64,000 nt of DNA from the NCBI GenBank assembly GCA_965198945.1, contig CBDAQI010000011.1, forward strand, positions 41,881 to 105,880. Reading direction: 5' to 3'. The stretch's first letter is position 1, and every line of letters begins with the position of its first letter. Shown one piece after another: positions 50,927-60,615 of the stretch. The notes beneath the pieces are model-generated. The model did no database searches. It was not told the DNA's origin and worked only from the letters and a program-made list of their open reading frames with translations. A program made the position numbers and the translations under genes. This DNA is from Thermodesulfobacteriota bacterium (GTDB taxonomy: Bacteria > Desulfobacterota_D > UBA1144 > Nemesobacterales > Mycalebacteriaceae).

Positions 50927-51579
50927 AAGAGGCACGTAAAAGAGAATTAAAGATAGGCGCGTTTTTTCTCGCGGGGGTTTTTGCCGTTCTGATAGTGCTT
51001 GAGTTTGCCGGTTCAGTGCCTTTTATTTCCAACCAGAGGAGTTTGAATATTTATTTTGATTCCGTTTCGGGGCTTGAAGAGGGCGCTTTTGTGAAAATGG
51101 AAGGCGTCAGGGTGGGAAATATAAAAAACATTGACTTTGCCGAAGACGGAAAGAGAATTAAAGTCACGGTCGCGGTTCGCACCGATGTTGCGTTAAGAAA
51201 AGACACTGTTGCATCGGTGCGGCTCAGCAGCCTTCTTGGAACAAGCTACATAAACCTTTCAATCGGTTCTCCTGATTCACCCCTTCTTCCGCCCGGATAT
51301 GCGATAGAAGGTGAGTCTTCATATGATGTTGACAAAATCATTCAGGACGCCGGGATGCTTATGAGCGAGGCGTCTCAGGCGGCCGTGCGCCTCAATTCCA
51401 TCCTTACAAAAATTGATGACGGAAAAGGCTCGGTCGGTAAAATTGTCAACGAAGATGACCTTTATTTTGCCGCAAAAGATGTGGTTGCGAAAGCTGACAA
51501 AAGTCTGGACACCATTGAAGACCTTGCCCCGGTCAGTTTTATAGTCTCGGTTTTCGGGATTGCGGCAACATTCTACTGA
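50923..51579 (+). CDS. mlaD: MlaD/MCE-domain protein
   Basis: N-terminal TM, VSGLEEGAFVKMEGVRVG, SLLGTSYINL. Confidence 0.9.
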   Translation: MKEARKRELKIGAFFLAGVFAVLIVLEFAGSVPFISNQRSLNIYFDSVSGLEEGAFVKMEGVRVGNIKNIDFAEDGKRIKVTVAVRTDVALRKDTVASVRLSSLLGTSYINLSIGSPDSPLLPPGYAIEGESSYDVDKIIQDAGMLMSEASQAAVRLNSILTKIDDGKGSVGKIVNEDDLYFAAKDVVAKADKSLDTIEDLAPVSFIVSVFGIAATFY

Positions 51580-51666
51580 TTTCAGTATTCTGATTTGTTA
51601 CCGTATAGGTTTTATTATAAGGAGCGGTTCGCGTGCGCCCAAGCTGCGGACTTGCGGGTGATTCCA

Positions 51667-52122
51667 ATGAAACGGGTATGCAAACATCCCACGGTTCACA
51701 GAGACTACCATATAGAGGAAAAGTTTGAGGCCGGCCTTGTCTTGACGGGTTCTGAAGTCAAATCTCTCAGAAACGGCAAGGCGAGCATAAAAGAGAGTTA
51801 TGCCATTGTGCGCACCGGTGAAGTTGAGCTTGTCGGCAGCTACATAGCCCCATATCAGGCTGCCGGGGTTTTTGACCATGACCCCAACCGTTCAAGAAAA
51901 CTGCTTTTGAAAAAGCGAGAAATAAACAGACTTATCGGCAAAACACAGATGAAGGGTTACACGCTTGTGCCTACCGCCATTTATTTTCGCGGCGGCTTTG
52001 CCAAGGTGGAGATTGCCGTTGCCAAAGGCAAAAAACTTTATGACAAACGTTCCGACATTAAAAAACGTGAAGCGGACAGGGAGATGGAAAGAGCTATGAA
52101 AAGGGCGTTGAAGAGAAGATGA
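51667..52122 (+). CDS. smpB: SsrA-binding protein
   Basis: FEAGLVLTGSEVKSLR, HDPNRSRKLLL, GKKLYDKR. Confidence 0.98.
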   Translation: MKRVCKHPTVHRDYHIEEKFEAGLVLTGSEVKSLRNGKASIKESYAIVRTGEVELVGSYIAPYQAAGVFDHDPNRSRKLLLKKREINRLIGKTQMKGYTLVPTAIYFRGGFAKVEIAVAKGKKLYDKRSDIKKREADREMERAMKRALKRR

Positions 52123-52808
52123 CGGGGCTGAGGGAAAAACTAAAATTGTGTGCGCCGCTTTTTACCGCTTTGTTTTTCTCGGTCTGCCTTTTTGCCAACG
52201 GTTTATATGCTCAGGATTTGGAGACCCGGCGCGAGTCCTGTATTTCCCGCGCTGAAAAAGGATTTTACAATGAAGCGGAAAAACTGTGTCTTGAGGTGTT
52301 GCGCTCAAACCCTTATGATGCGGAGATTTGGGGCGTCATGGGTTTTATCCATGAAGAGACGGGCCGTTACGAAAGAGCGTCCGAGTCATATCAACAATAT
52401 CTCAAAATCAACCCCGAAGACGCTCGGATTCTTTACTTTGCGGGCTTGTCATATGAGATGCGGGGGCTCAACGCCAAAGCGATTGAATTTTACGAAAAAG
52501 CGTTGGATGTAAACCCCGATTTTGCCGAAGCGTGGAATGATCTCGGTTTTCTTTACGAATTGACGGGGCGGCACGAAAAGGCGATGGAGTGTTTCAGTGA
52601 AGCCCTGCGGGCTGACCCCGAATACACGGAAGCATGGGAGAATATGGCTCGCTCCCATATCAAGCAGTCAAGCAAAAGAGCACCTCGCCCTAAAAAGAAA
52701 CAGCGGAGCCAGAATAGCCAGAAACCATATAACAAATATCAGAAAAACGCCGATTTCCTCCGCATGTTCAGCAGACCGATTGAAAAGAATCCCTATCCGT
52801 GGCGTTAG
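52119..52808 (+). CDS. secreted TPR-repeat protein
   Basis: Signal peptide and about four TPRs (AEAWNDLG…A…FSEALRADP). Confidence 0.85.
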   Translation: MTGLREKLKLCAPLFTALFFSVCLFANGLYAQDLETRRESCISRAEKGFYNEAEKLCLEVLRSNPYDAEIWGVMGFIHEETGRYERASESYQQYLKINPEDARILYFAGLSYEMRGLNAKAIEFYEKALDVNPDFAEAWNDLGFLYELTGRHEKAMECFSEALRADPEYTEAWENMARSHIKQSSKRAPRPKKKQRSQNSQKPYNKYQKNADFLRMFSRPIEKNPYPWR

Positions 52809-52825
52809 GGCAATGTAAAAAAACC

Positions 52826-52865
52826 TGACTTTATTGTTGACAACATTTTTGACATTTCCTATATT
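52826..52865 (+). promoter_or_regulatory. TA-operon promoter with phased operator repeats
   Basis: TTGACA(52837)-N17-TATATT; TGAC at 52826, 52838, 52850 (12-bp period); palindrome TGTTGACAACA. Confidence 0.6.
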
Positions 52866-52885
52866 CATTGAGGGAGAAAGGAGAA

Positions 52886-53665
52886 ATGATTGGAGATTTT
52901 GTTAAGAAGCAACGTCTGAAAAGAGATATAACCCAGGCTGAAGTTGCTTTGAGGCTTGGGATTTCAAGACCGACGTATATACAGATTGAACTCGGTGGGC
53001 GTGATATAACAGTTCCAGAAGTGAAAAAACTTGCGGAGTTGTTTGATATGTCTCCAGAAGATTTTATCAATGAGACCGAACCTGCGGTTCCCAAAGTCAT
53101 TCTTGAGAAAGGGGATTTGATGGAAAAAGCCGTTGAAGAGAACAGTCTTGAAATTCGTGTTCCGCGGCAGGATTTGGAAAAATTAGAACAGGTTCTTTTG
53201 TATGTTCTCACAAAAGTTGGCGGAAAGCCAAATGTTGGTGAGACGGTTTTGCACAAACTTCTTTACTTCATTGATTTTGACTACTACGAGAAGTTTGAAG
53301 AAAACCTTATGGGATTGACTTACATCAAGAATCACCACGGTCCCACATCAGTTGAGTTGGGCGAAGTCATTAAAAAAATGATAAAAGACGAGGAAGTTCA
53401 GTCCTTAAAAGTAAAACGTTTCAATTATGTGCAGAAAAAATATCTTGCTATCAACGAACCCGACTTAAAACTTCTTTCAGCTCAGGAACTTTTGCATATT
53501 GACGATGTGTTGAATCGCCTTTCGGATAAGAGCGCCGGTGAGATTGAAGAGTATTCGCACGGCGATATACCGTGGATAGTTGCAAAAGAGGGGAAGCAGA
53601 TTTCATATGAGGCGGTTTTTTACCGGGAAGACCCTTACTCGGTTAGGGCCTACGATGAACTTTGA
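52886..53665 (+). CDS. XRE-HTH fused to a Panacea (DUF4065/SocA-like) antitoxin domain
   Basis: N-terminal XRE HTH; LHKLLYFIDF…YIKNHHGP, YSHGDIPW…ISY. Confidence 0.8.
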   Translation: MIGDFVKKQRLKRDITQAEVALRLGISRPTYIQIELGGRDITVPEVKKLAELFDMSPEDFINETEPAVPKVILEKGDLMEKAVEENSLEIRVPRQDLEKLEQVLLYVLTKVGGKPNVGETVLHKLLYFIDFDYYEKFEENLMGLTYIKNHHGPTSVELGEVIKKMIKDEEVQSLKVKRFNYVQKKYLAINEPDLKLLSAQELLHIDDVLNRLSDKSAGEIEEYSHGDIPWIVAKEGKQISYEAVFYREDPYSVRAYDEL

Positions 53666-54029
53666 GGAGTTGCCGGAGTTTCAAAGGGATTTCAGAAACC
53701 TTGTAAACAAATACAAAACACTACCGGAAGATATGGAGCAGTTTCGTGAGATTGTTTTAGAATTTCCGCTTGGCGGCAAAAAACATTCCGGCATCCTTAC
53801 CGGTTCAGACCGTTTCAGCATAATCAAAGCCCGTCTGTCTTGCCGATACCTCAAGGGCTCGTCTCTGCGTATTATCTACGCTTACTGTAAAACAAAAAAT
53901 CGCATTGATTTTATTGAGATATATTTCAAGGGTAATAAGCAAAGGGAAGATAAAAGAAGAATAGGGAGTTATCTGGGTCAATGTTCCCGTTTTGCCGCGG
54001 CGGGTTGCAAATCCTTCAAAGGTAAATAA
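53655..54029 (+). CDS. RelE/HigB-like toxin (putative)
   Basis: PEFQRDFRNL…IIKARL…KGSSLRIIYAY…FIEIYFKG; overlaps the antitoxin stop. Confidence 0.65.
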   Translation: MNFEELPEFQRDFRNLVNKYKTLPEDMEQFREIVLEFPLGGKKHSGILTGSDRFSIIKARLSCRYLKGSSLRIIYAYCKTKNRIDFIEIYFKGNKQREDKRRIGSYLGQCSRFAAAGCKSFKGK

Positions 54030-54034
54030 CACTG

Positions 54035-55215
54035 ATGAGACTCAAAACAGTTTTTCTGTCACTGGCTGTATTTTTTACGCTTGCTTCCTTCGCCTCCGCC
54101 GAAGATGCTTCAGATGTTTTTGAGAAGGCGTCCCGTTCGGTTGTGGTTGTCTATGTTTACGACGAAAACGGCGAAAACACCGCGCACGGCAGTGGGGTTA
54201 TTATTGGGAAAGGGGAAATTGTTACAAACTGTCATGTTATAGAAAACAGCGAACAGATAACCGTCAACACCGAAGAAGGCGACCCGAAAACTGCAACTGT
54301 TTTCCGTACGGATTGGGAAAAAGATGTTTGTTTGCTGAAAGTTCCCGCATTGAAAGGCAAAAAGGCGAAAATCCGTCCAGCTAATTCGCTGAAAATCGGC
54401 GAATCCGTTTACGCAATCGGCTCTCCCGAAGGAATGGATTAAAGTTTAAGCGCGGGACTGGTCTCTCAACTGCGCAGAGATAAAAAAGACGCTCCGCCGA
54501 TTCGATTATTCAGACTGATGCTTCGGTATCGTCCGGTTCTTCGGGCGGCGGGCTTTTTGACAGAAAGGGAAATCTTGTTGGAATTACATCTTTTGTTTTG
54601 AAAGAAGCGCAGAATATAGCGTTTGCGTCTCCGTCCGAATGGATAGAGGAAACCCGTGCTAGTGGAATTGAGACGGATTTAACAACAAGCCAGGAGACAC
54701 TGATTGCCGGTTTTCGTTCTTTGTTGATATTGATAGAGTCGTATCGTAAGGTTTTGCGAATCAATCCTGAAGATGCGGAAGCTTGGAGTATTCTTGGAGC
54801 TGTTTATTCAGAGCAGGACAGATATGAGGAAGCGGTAGATTCATATCGTAAGGCTTTACGAATCGATCCTGATTTAGATGAAGCATGGAATGGCCTTGGT
54901 GTTGTTTATTGGGAGCAAGGCAAGCATGAGGAGGCGATAGATTCTTACCGTGAGGCATTGCGAATCAATCCTGAGTATGCGAAAGTGTGGTATAACCTTG
55001 GGGTTACTTATGCGGATCAAGGCAAGTCTGAGGAAGCGATAGACTCATTTCGTAAGGCATTGCGAATCAACCCTGAATATGCAAGAGCATGGGGCGGTTT
55101 GGCTATTGCTTATAAGGCAAATCGTCAGGATGCTTATGCAAAAGAGGCATTTGAGCGGTTGCAAAAGCTAAACTCCTCTTTGGCGCTTAAAATTAGAAGT
55201 TTTATTTTTGATTAG
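54035..55215 (+). pseudogene. trypsin-like (S1C) serine protease-TPR fusion, disrupted
   Basis: GSGVI, VTNCHV, DVCLL, IQTDA…GSSGG; TAA at 54440-54442 and tandem CGATT duplication at 54498-54507; four C-terminal TPRs. Confidence 0.85.
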
Positions 55216-55245
55216 TTCTCTGTCGTTGAATCTTCTTATGAAGGA

Positions 55246-55312
55246 TGAAATACTTCTTTAGTTCATTACCTCTACTGTTACGATAGGGGTAAGCTGGCTT
55301 CGACGTGCCTGC
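55246..55312 (+). repeat. degenerate duplicate of the ssrA promoter region and 5' end
   Basis: TGAAATA…TTCATTAC…ATAGGGG…CTGGCTTCGACGT aligns with 55973-56040. Confidence 0.7.
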
Positions 55313-55348
55313 AAAAGGAGTATTCTTGATTTTGTTTAGAGGATGTAA

Positions 55349-55904
55349 ATGGTAGAAAAAAAGAAGTCTATATCAGCAAGGGAAAGTTTGTTGAGGTCTA
55401 TTGCTATGGTGTCATCTATGGCAATAGGAATTTATATACTTCATGCATTCTTGGCTCTTGTCTACTACACTCTTTTCTATGTGGATGGATTATCTGCAAC
55501 TAACAACTCTAACATTGGGACTGAACAAAATAAGTATCTTTTCTATGTGGATGGATTATCTGCAACTAACAACCCCTTTTTACCAAATACTCTTGGTCCA
55601 CAAAACTTTCCTTGGGTTCGTCTTCTAACTTTGAGTTGTGGACTTTGGTTTGGTTGGCGTTATGTTGGTATGCCAATTAGAGGTGATGCCTATCACAACA
55701 CTGTGTTCTATCTCTTGGGCGTTACGCTTGGTGTGGTAACTGCTGTATTGTTGTTTAGTTTACTTTCCACAGTTCATAGGAATAGGGTTTCTTACTTTAG
55801 TTGCTACTTTACTTGGCGAAGCAATTTTTGTTCTCTTGGTTTACAAGTTGGTTGTTTTTATAAAAGGTAGAACAAAGGATCCGATGACCATGGGGATGCA
55901 ATAG
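55349..55904 (+). pseudogene. AT-rich hypothetical membrane protein, probably frameshifted near 55755
   Basis: Several TM segments; the alternative frame after 55756 gives further TM sequence LVYFPQFIGIGFLTLVATLLGEAIFVLLV ending TAG 55904. Confidence 0.45.
55471..55573 (+). repeat. 37-bp exact direct repeat, two copies, in frame
   Basis: TCTTTTCTATGTGGATGGATTATCTGCAACTAACAAC at 55471-55507 and 55537-55573 (LFYVDGLSATNN twice). Confidence 0.9.
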
Positions 55905-55971
55905 TTGTTGATAAGAAAGATTGGTAGGAAGAGATTAAAAAGCAGAACTAATGAACAGAGACCACTCCTTC

Positions 55972-56000
55972 TTGAAATAACCCTTTCAATTCATTACTAT
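55972..56000 (+). promoter_or_regulatory. ssrA promoter
   Basis: TTGAAA-N17-TACTAT, 13 nt before the tmRNA 5' end. Confidence 0.6.
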
Positions 56001-56013
56001 TCCTATCCCAATA

Positions 56014-56363
56014 GGGGGCGAACTGGCTTCGACGTATCTGAAGACAGCTCATGCCGCATGCCGAGCTTGGCTAACTCGTTAAACTGACCTCTCGCTATAA
56101 CTGGCAAACCAATTAACGCACTCGCGGCCTAATTAACGCTGCGACGCTTCACGGGGCAATGCCTGCGGGCTTTGTGAAGCGGCATCCAGCAGGCTGGTCT
56201 GTTTGCGACGCCCGATGCGCAAGCGGATGAGAAACCCATCGGGACAGCGGAAAAAGCGCCCGCCCGCCGGCAACTTTTTCCGTCAAAAATCGGCGGGATA
56301 AGCATGTAGAAGCTGAGTGATTCTCTTTTGCGGACGCGGGTTCAATTCCCGCCGCCTCCACCA
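56014..56363 (+). ncRNA. ssrA: tmRNA
   Basis: 5' GGGGGCG…GGCTTCGAC; 3' GCGGGTTCAATTCCCGCCGCCTCCACCA; tag ORF after ATAACT encoding GKPINALAA* (56103-56132). Confidence 0.96.
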
Positions 56364-56377
56364 TTTGGTAGTATCAC

Positions 56378-56989
56378 TTGAACCTTGATGAAATCATTAT
56401 AGCAACCGGCAATGAAGACAAAGCGCGGGAATTTGACCGGTTGCTGAACGGGATTTTCAAAAAGGTTTCTTTCCTGAAAGACTTCCCCTCGGTTGTGATG
56501 CCCGAGGAAACGGGTGCGACTTTTGAAGAAAACTCACTTATTAAAGCGTGTGCGGTTTTTGAAACCGTTTGCCGTGAATCTCACTGCCGCGCCGTTCTAG
56601 CTGACGACTCGGGAATTGAAGTGTCCGCGCTCGGCGGCAGTCCCGGGGTTTACTCCGCACGCTATGCGGGTGAAAACTCCACCGATGATGAAAATTTGGA
56701 TAAACTAATGTCCGAACTCAAAGGCAAGACAGACAGAAGAGCCCGCTATGTGTGCGTTTTGACTCTTATTCTTTCCGGTGGCGAAAAAATTACCGCAACC
56801 GAATTTTGCGAAGGTGAAATATCTGAAATAAAAAAAGGCGAGGGCGGATTTGGTTATGATCCCGTGTTTTTCCTTCCGTCTTACGGAAAAACGATGGCGG
56901 AACTTGACCCCGATGAAAAAAACCGCATAAGCCACAGAGGCAAAGCCTCAAGGAAAATTGCGCTGCAAATGCGCGAGATGTCAAAATGA
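56378..56989 (+). CDS. rdgB: non-canonical purine NTP pyrophosphatase (RdgB/HAM1)
   Basis: [46 protein letters not shown]. Confidence 0.95.
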   Translation: MNLDEIIIATGNEDKAREFDRLLNGIFKKVSFLKDFPSVVMPEETGATFEENSLIKACAVFETVCRESHCRAVLADDSGIEVSALGGSPGVYSARYAGENSTDDENLDKLMSELKGKTDRRARYVCVLTLILSGGEKITATEFCEGEISEIKKGEGGFGYDPVFFLPSYGKTMAELDPDEKNRISHRGKASRKIALQMREMSK

Positions 56990-58623
56990 ACAAAAAAAAC
57001 GGAACCCACAAAATCAAGCCCGCCAAATATGTGTTCGTAACGGGAGGGGTAATGTCATCCCTCGGCAAGGGAATCGTGGTGGGCTCTCTCGGTCTTCTGC
57101 TTGAAAGCAGGGGTCTCACGATAGCGGTTCAGAAACTTGACCCGTATATCAATGTTGACCCCGGAACAATGAACCCGCATGAGCACGGTGAGGTTTTTGT
57201 GACCGATGACGGAGCTGAAACCGACCTTGACCTCGGACACTATCAGAGATTCACAAAAGCCGAACTTACACGCTCAAGCAACTTTACTTCCGGAAAGGTC
57301 TATAACTCCGTCATAACAAAAGAAAGGGAAGGCAGATTTCTCGGCAAAACCGTTCAGGTGATTCCCCATGTAACGGATGAAATAAAATCCAGAATAACGG
57401 CGCTTGGTGAAAAAGGTGACAGAGATGTTGTGATTGTTGAGATAGGAGGCACTGTGGGAGACATTGAAAGTCTGCCTTTTCTTGAAGCTGTGAGACAGCT
57501 CAGGTCGGAGCTCGGAAGACAGAATACAATTTTTATCCACCTTACATATGTTCCATTTGTGGTTCCTTCCGGTGAGTTTAAGACAAAACCAACTCAGCAC
57601 AGTGTGAAGGAAATGCTCAAAATCGGAATACAGCCCGATGTTCTTGTATGCCGCACTGAAGAGCAAATTCCTGAAAGAATCAAAAGAAAAATCGCCCTTT
57701 TCTGCAATGTTGATTTGAATTCCGTCATATCGGACAGAGATGTTAAATCCATATATGAAGTGCCTCTTGTGTTGAACGAAGAAGGTTTTGACGAGACGGT
57801 CACTTCACATTTGAACATCTGGACAAGAGCCCCCGGCCTGGCAAACTGGCGGAAAATATTTGATAACAGGGACAAAATTTCAAAGAGTGTAAAAATAGCG
57901 GTTGTCGGCAAATACGTGGGACACCGCGACACTTATAAAAGTCTTCACGAAGCTCTTGCACATGCGGGAATGGCAAACCAATGCAAAATGGATGTCCAAT
58001 ACATAGATTCGGAAGATATTAAGAGTAAGGATTCTTCTCTTCTCAAAGATGCGGATGGAATTCTGGTTCCGGGCGGCTTCGGTGAAAGAGGATACGAGGG
58101 GAAAATCAGGTCCATAGCCCGTGCCAGAAAATATAAAATCCCGTTTTTTGGAATATGTCTCGGAATGCAAATGGCGGTTGTTGAAATTGCGAGGAATGTG
58201 TGCGGCATGAAAGACGCAAACTCAAGCGAGATAGACCCGCACTCTCCGCATCCGGTGATTGATTTCATGGAAGGGCAGGAAAATATAAGGGAAATGGGCG
58301 GCACAATGAGGCTTGGAGCTTATCCGTGTGTACTTGAGCGCGGAACTCTGGCACGCAAAGCATATGGGAAAAAACACATATCCGAGAGGCACAGACACAG
58401 GCTTGAGTTCAACAACAATTACAAGAAAAAATTTCAGTCCGCCGGTATAACCGTAAGCGGCCAATCTCCGGACTCATCCCTTGTGGAGATTGTTGAACTG
58501 CAGGGCCATCCGTGGTTCATAGGATGCCAGTTTCATCCTGAATTTCTTTCAACGCCTCTGCATCCGCACCCTCTTTTCCGTGACTTTATCGCCGCCGCGC
58601 TTAAGCATAAAAAATCCAGATGA
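56986..58623 (+). CDS. pyrG: CTP synthase
   Basis: [52 protein letters not shown]. Confidence 0.99.
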   Translation: MNKKNGTHKIKPAKYVFVTGGVMSSLGKGIVVGSLGLLLESRGLTIAVQKLDPYINVDPGTMNPHEHGEVFVTDDGAETDLDLGHYQRFTKAELTRSSNFTSGKVYNSVITKEREGRFLGKTVQVIPHVTDEIKSRITALGEKGDRDVVIVEIGGTVGDIESLPFLEAVRQLRSELGRQNTIFIHLTYVPFVVPSGEFKTKPTQHSVKEMLKIGIQPDVLVCRTEEQIPERIKRKIALFCNVDLNSVISDRDVKSIYEVPLVLNEEGFDETVTSHLNIWTRAPGLANWRKIFDNRDKISKSVKIAVVGKYVGHRDTYKSLHEALAHAGMANQCKMDVQYIDSEDIKSKDSSLLKDADGILVPGGFGERGYEGKIRSIARARKYKIPFFGICLGMQMAVVEIARNVCGMKDANSSEIDPHSPHPVIDFMEGQENIREMGGTMRLGAYPCVLERGTLARKAYGKKHISERHRHRLEFNNNYKKKFQSAGITVSGQSPDSSLVEIVELQGHPWFIGCQFHPEFLSTPLHPHPLFRDFIAAALKHKKSR

Positions 58624-58624
58624 G

Positions 58625-60615
58625 ATGACACCGGGCGAAATTGTAATTTTTAGAAAAAGGAAGGAGCCGTGCTGCGGAATCTTTCTTTCCGCAGGCGAAG
58701 GGGTCATGACCGTTCTTTCAGAAGAAGGCAAAACAATGCCGATCACCGGCGAAAAAATTGCGTTCCTCACCGGAATAAAATCCGCACATTCAACCAACGA
58801 CGAGAGAAAAATGGATATGAGGCGGCTCAGAAAAGAGCTTGAAGAGGCGAAGGATTCTTTTGACCTTCAGGCTCTGTGGGAGAATCTTGCCCATTCGGAA
58901 AAAATTGTTTCCTTCGGAGATATTTTGTCCGTTTATTCACGAGAAACTGAAACACCGCCCGATGAAGCGCTCAGACTTTTCTGGGCGATTGACAAAAACA
59001 CCGTTTATTTCAAAAGGGAAAAAGGCGGCTATATGCCTCTTGCGGCGGGGCATGTTGAAAAGACTCTCGCCCGCCGGAAAAAGCAAGTTGAAAATGAAAG
59101 ACAGGAGGCTTTTTCCATAAAGTGGATAAAGTCCGTTCTGAACGGTTCAGAGCATGAGCCGGACGGTTTTGACAGAGAGGCGTGCGTAAAAACCGTTATG
59201 GCCTACGTTCAAAACACCGAAGACAGTCCCGCTTTCAAAAATGCGTGCAGGTTTTTACCGAAAGCCGGAATAAAAGACCCCGAAGCGGCCGTTGAGTTTC
59301 TGATACGAACCGGTGATTTGCCCGAAGGGTCCGACCCGGAAATGATCAGGTATGGAATCGGTGAGGGCTTTTCACCCGAAGCGCTTGAAGAATCGTCGCG
59401 ATTGGTTTCCGGCTTTGCCCCGCCGGATTTTTTGGAAGATTTGACGGGACTTGAGACTTTTTCAATTGACAGCAAAACCACCGAAGACATTGACGACGCA
59501 ATTTCGCTTGAATTGACTCAAACCGAAGCGCGCGTGGGCATCCACATCGCCAATGTTGCAGTTTGCATTAAGCCCGGCGGCGCTCTTGACCGCGGCGCTT
59601 TGTCTTCGGCGGAGACAATGTATCTCCCCGAGCGTAGAGTGGACATATTCCCGGCTGATTTGGTGAAAGCCCGGCTCAGTTTGCTTGAAGGAGCACCCCG
59701 CGCCGCGCTTTCGCTTCTGATAACTTTTGATCTTGAGAGTTTTCAAATAAAAAATTTTCGTTTTGCTCCCTCCAGAATTTCCGTGAGAAAAAACATGAGT
59801 TACGAAACCGCGGATGTTCTTTTTCAGTCATCCGCTGAATGGAAAAAGCTTTGGCAAATATGCGCACACCTGAAACAAAAAAAGGATTGAGAGAGGAGCC
59901 TTCATTGTTCAGATTCCCGAACTTGTGATAAAAGTCAGTCCGAAAGGAGAAATTGAAATTGCGGCCGCGCCCGCCGGAGGAGTCTCACAGGAAGTTGTTT
60001 CTGAGTTGATGATAACGGCGAACCATCTTTCCGCGGTTTTTCTGAAAGACAGGGGAATTCCCGCTGTTTTCAGGTCTCAGACCGAGAAAATTTCCGAAGA
60101 AGCGAGGGAACTTGACGACAAAGATCCGCTTTTCCCAGTGCGAATTGTAAGAATGCTCAAACCCTCCAGAATAATGACTTATCCGGAGCCCCACGGTTCT
60201 CTGGGGGTTGACTGCTATGCGCAGGCGACTTCGCCGATTAGAAGATATACGGATTTGATTGTTCAAAGGCAGATTTATGTCTGAGGTTTCAGACCTTCCG
60301 GCTCTTGATGAGGGAGAAATTTTGCGGATTCTGTCAGATGTGGAACCGGTGGTTCATTTGAGAAGAACTGCACAGAAAAGCAGGAAGAGGTTTTGGCTGT
60401 GTGAATATTTCAGGCGGATGGGAAAAAGCACTAGGCACAAGGCAATTGTTTCGCGTGTTACAAGCGGCAGGGTTTTTGTCTGGCTTCCCGAATATCTTTC
60501 AGAATTTCCACTGCACGGAGCCGATGCGGCCGTTTTCAAAGAGGGGCAAACCATAACAGTCACCCTCAAAGACTCTGACCCCATCAGACGGAGACTCAGA
60601 TTGCTTGCCGCTTAA
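58625..60615 (+). pseudogene. RNase II/RNB-family exoribonuclease split by two +1 frameshifts
   Basis: FSIDSKTTEDIDDAIS, HIAN, ELMITAN, ATSPIRRYTDL across three ORFs; breaks at A7 59877-59883 and T3 60274-60276. Confidence 0.75.

Noticed and set aside
16859-54442. TAA stop-codon reassignment suggested by two in-frame TAA codons
   Set aside because: TAA terminates many conserved genes here (fusA-cluster genes such as rpsJ, rplB, rplP), and the protease gene has a second, frameshifting lesion
54740-55090. 102-bp periodic nucleotide repeats
   Set aside because: They simply encode 34-aa TPR units
55471-55573. CRISPR-like geometry (37-bp repeat, 29-bp spacer)
   Set aside because: Only two copies, in frame within an ORF, no palindrome or leader, and no cas genes in the window
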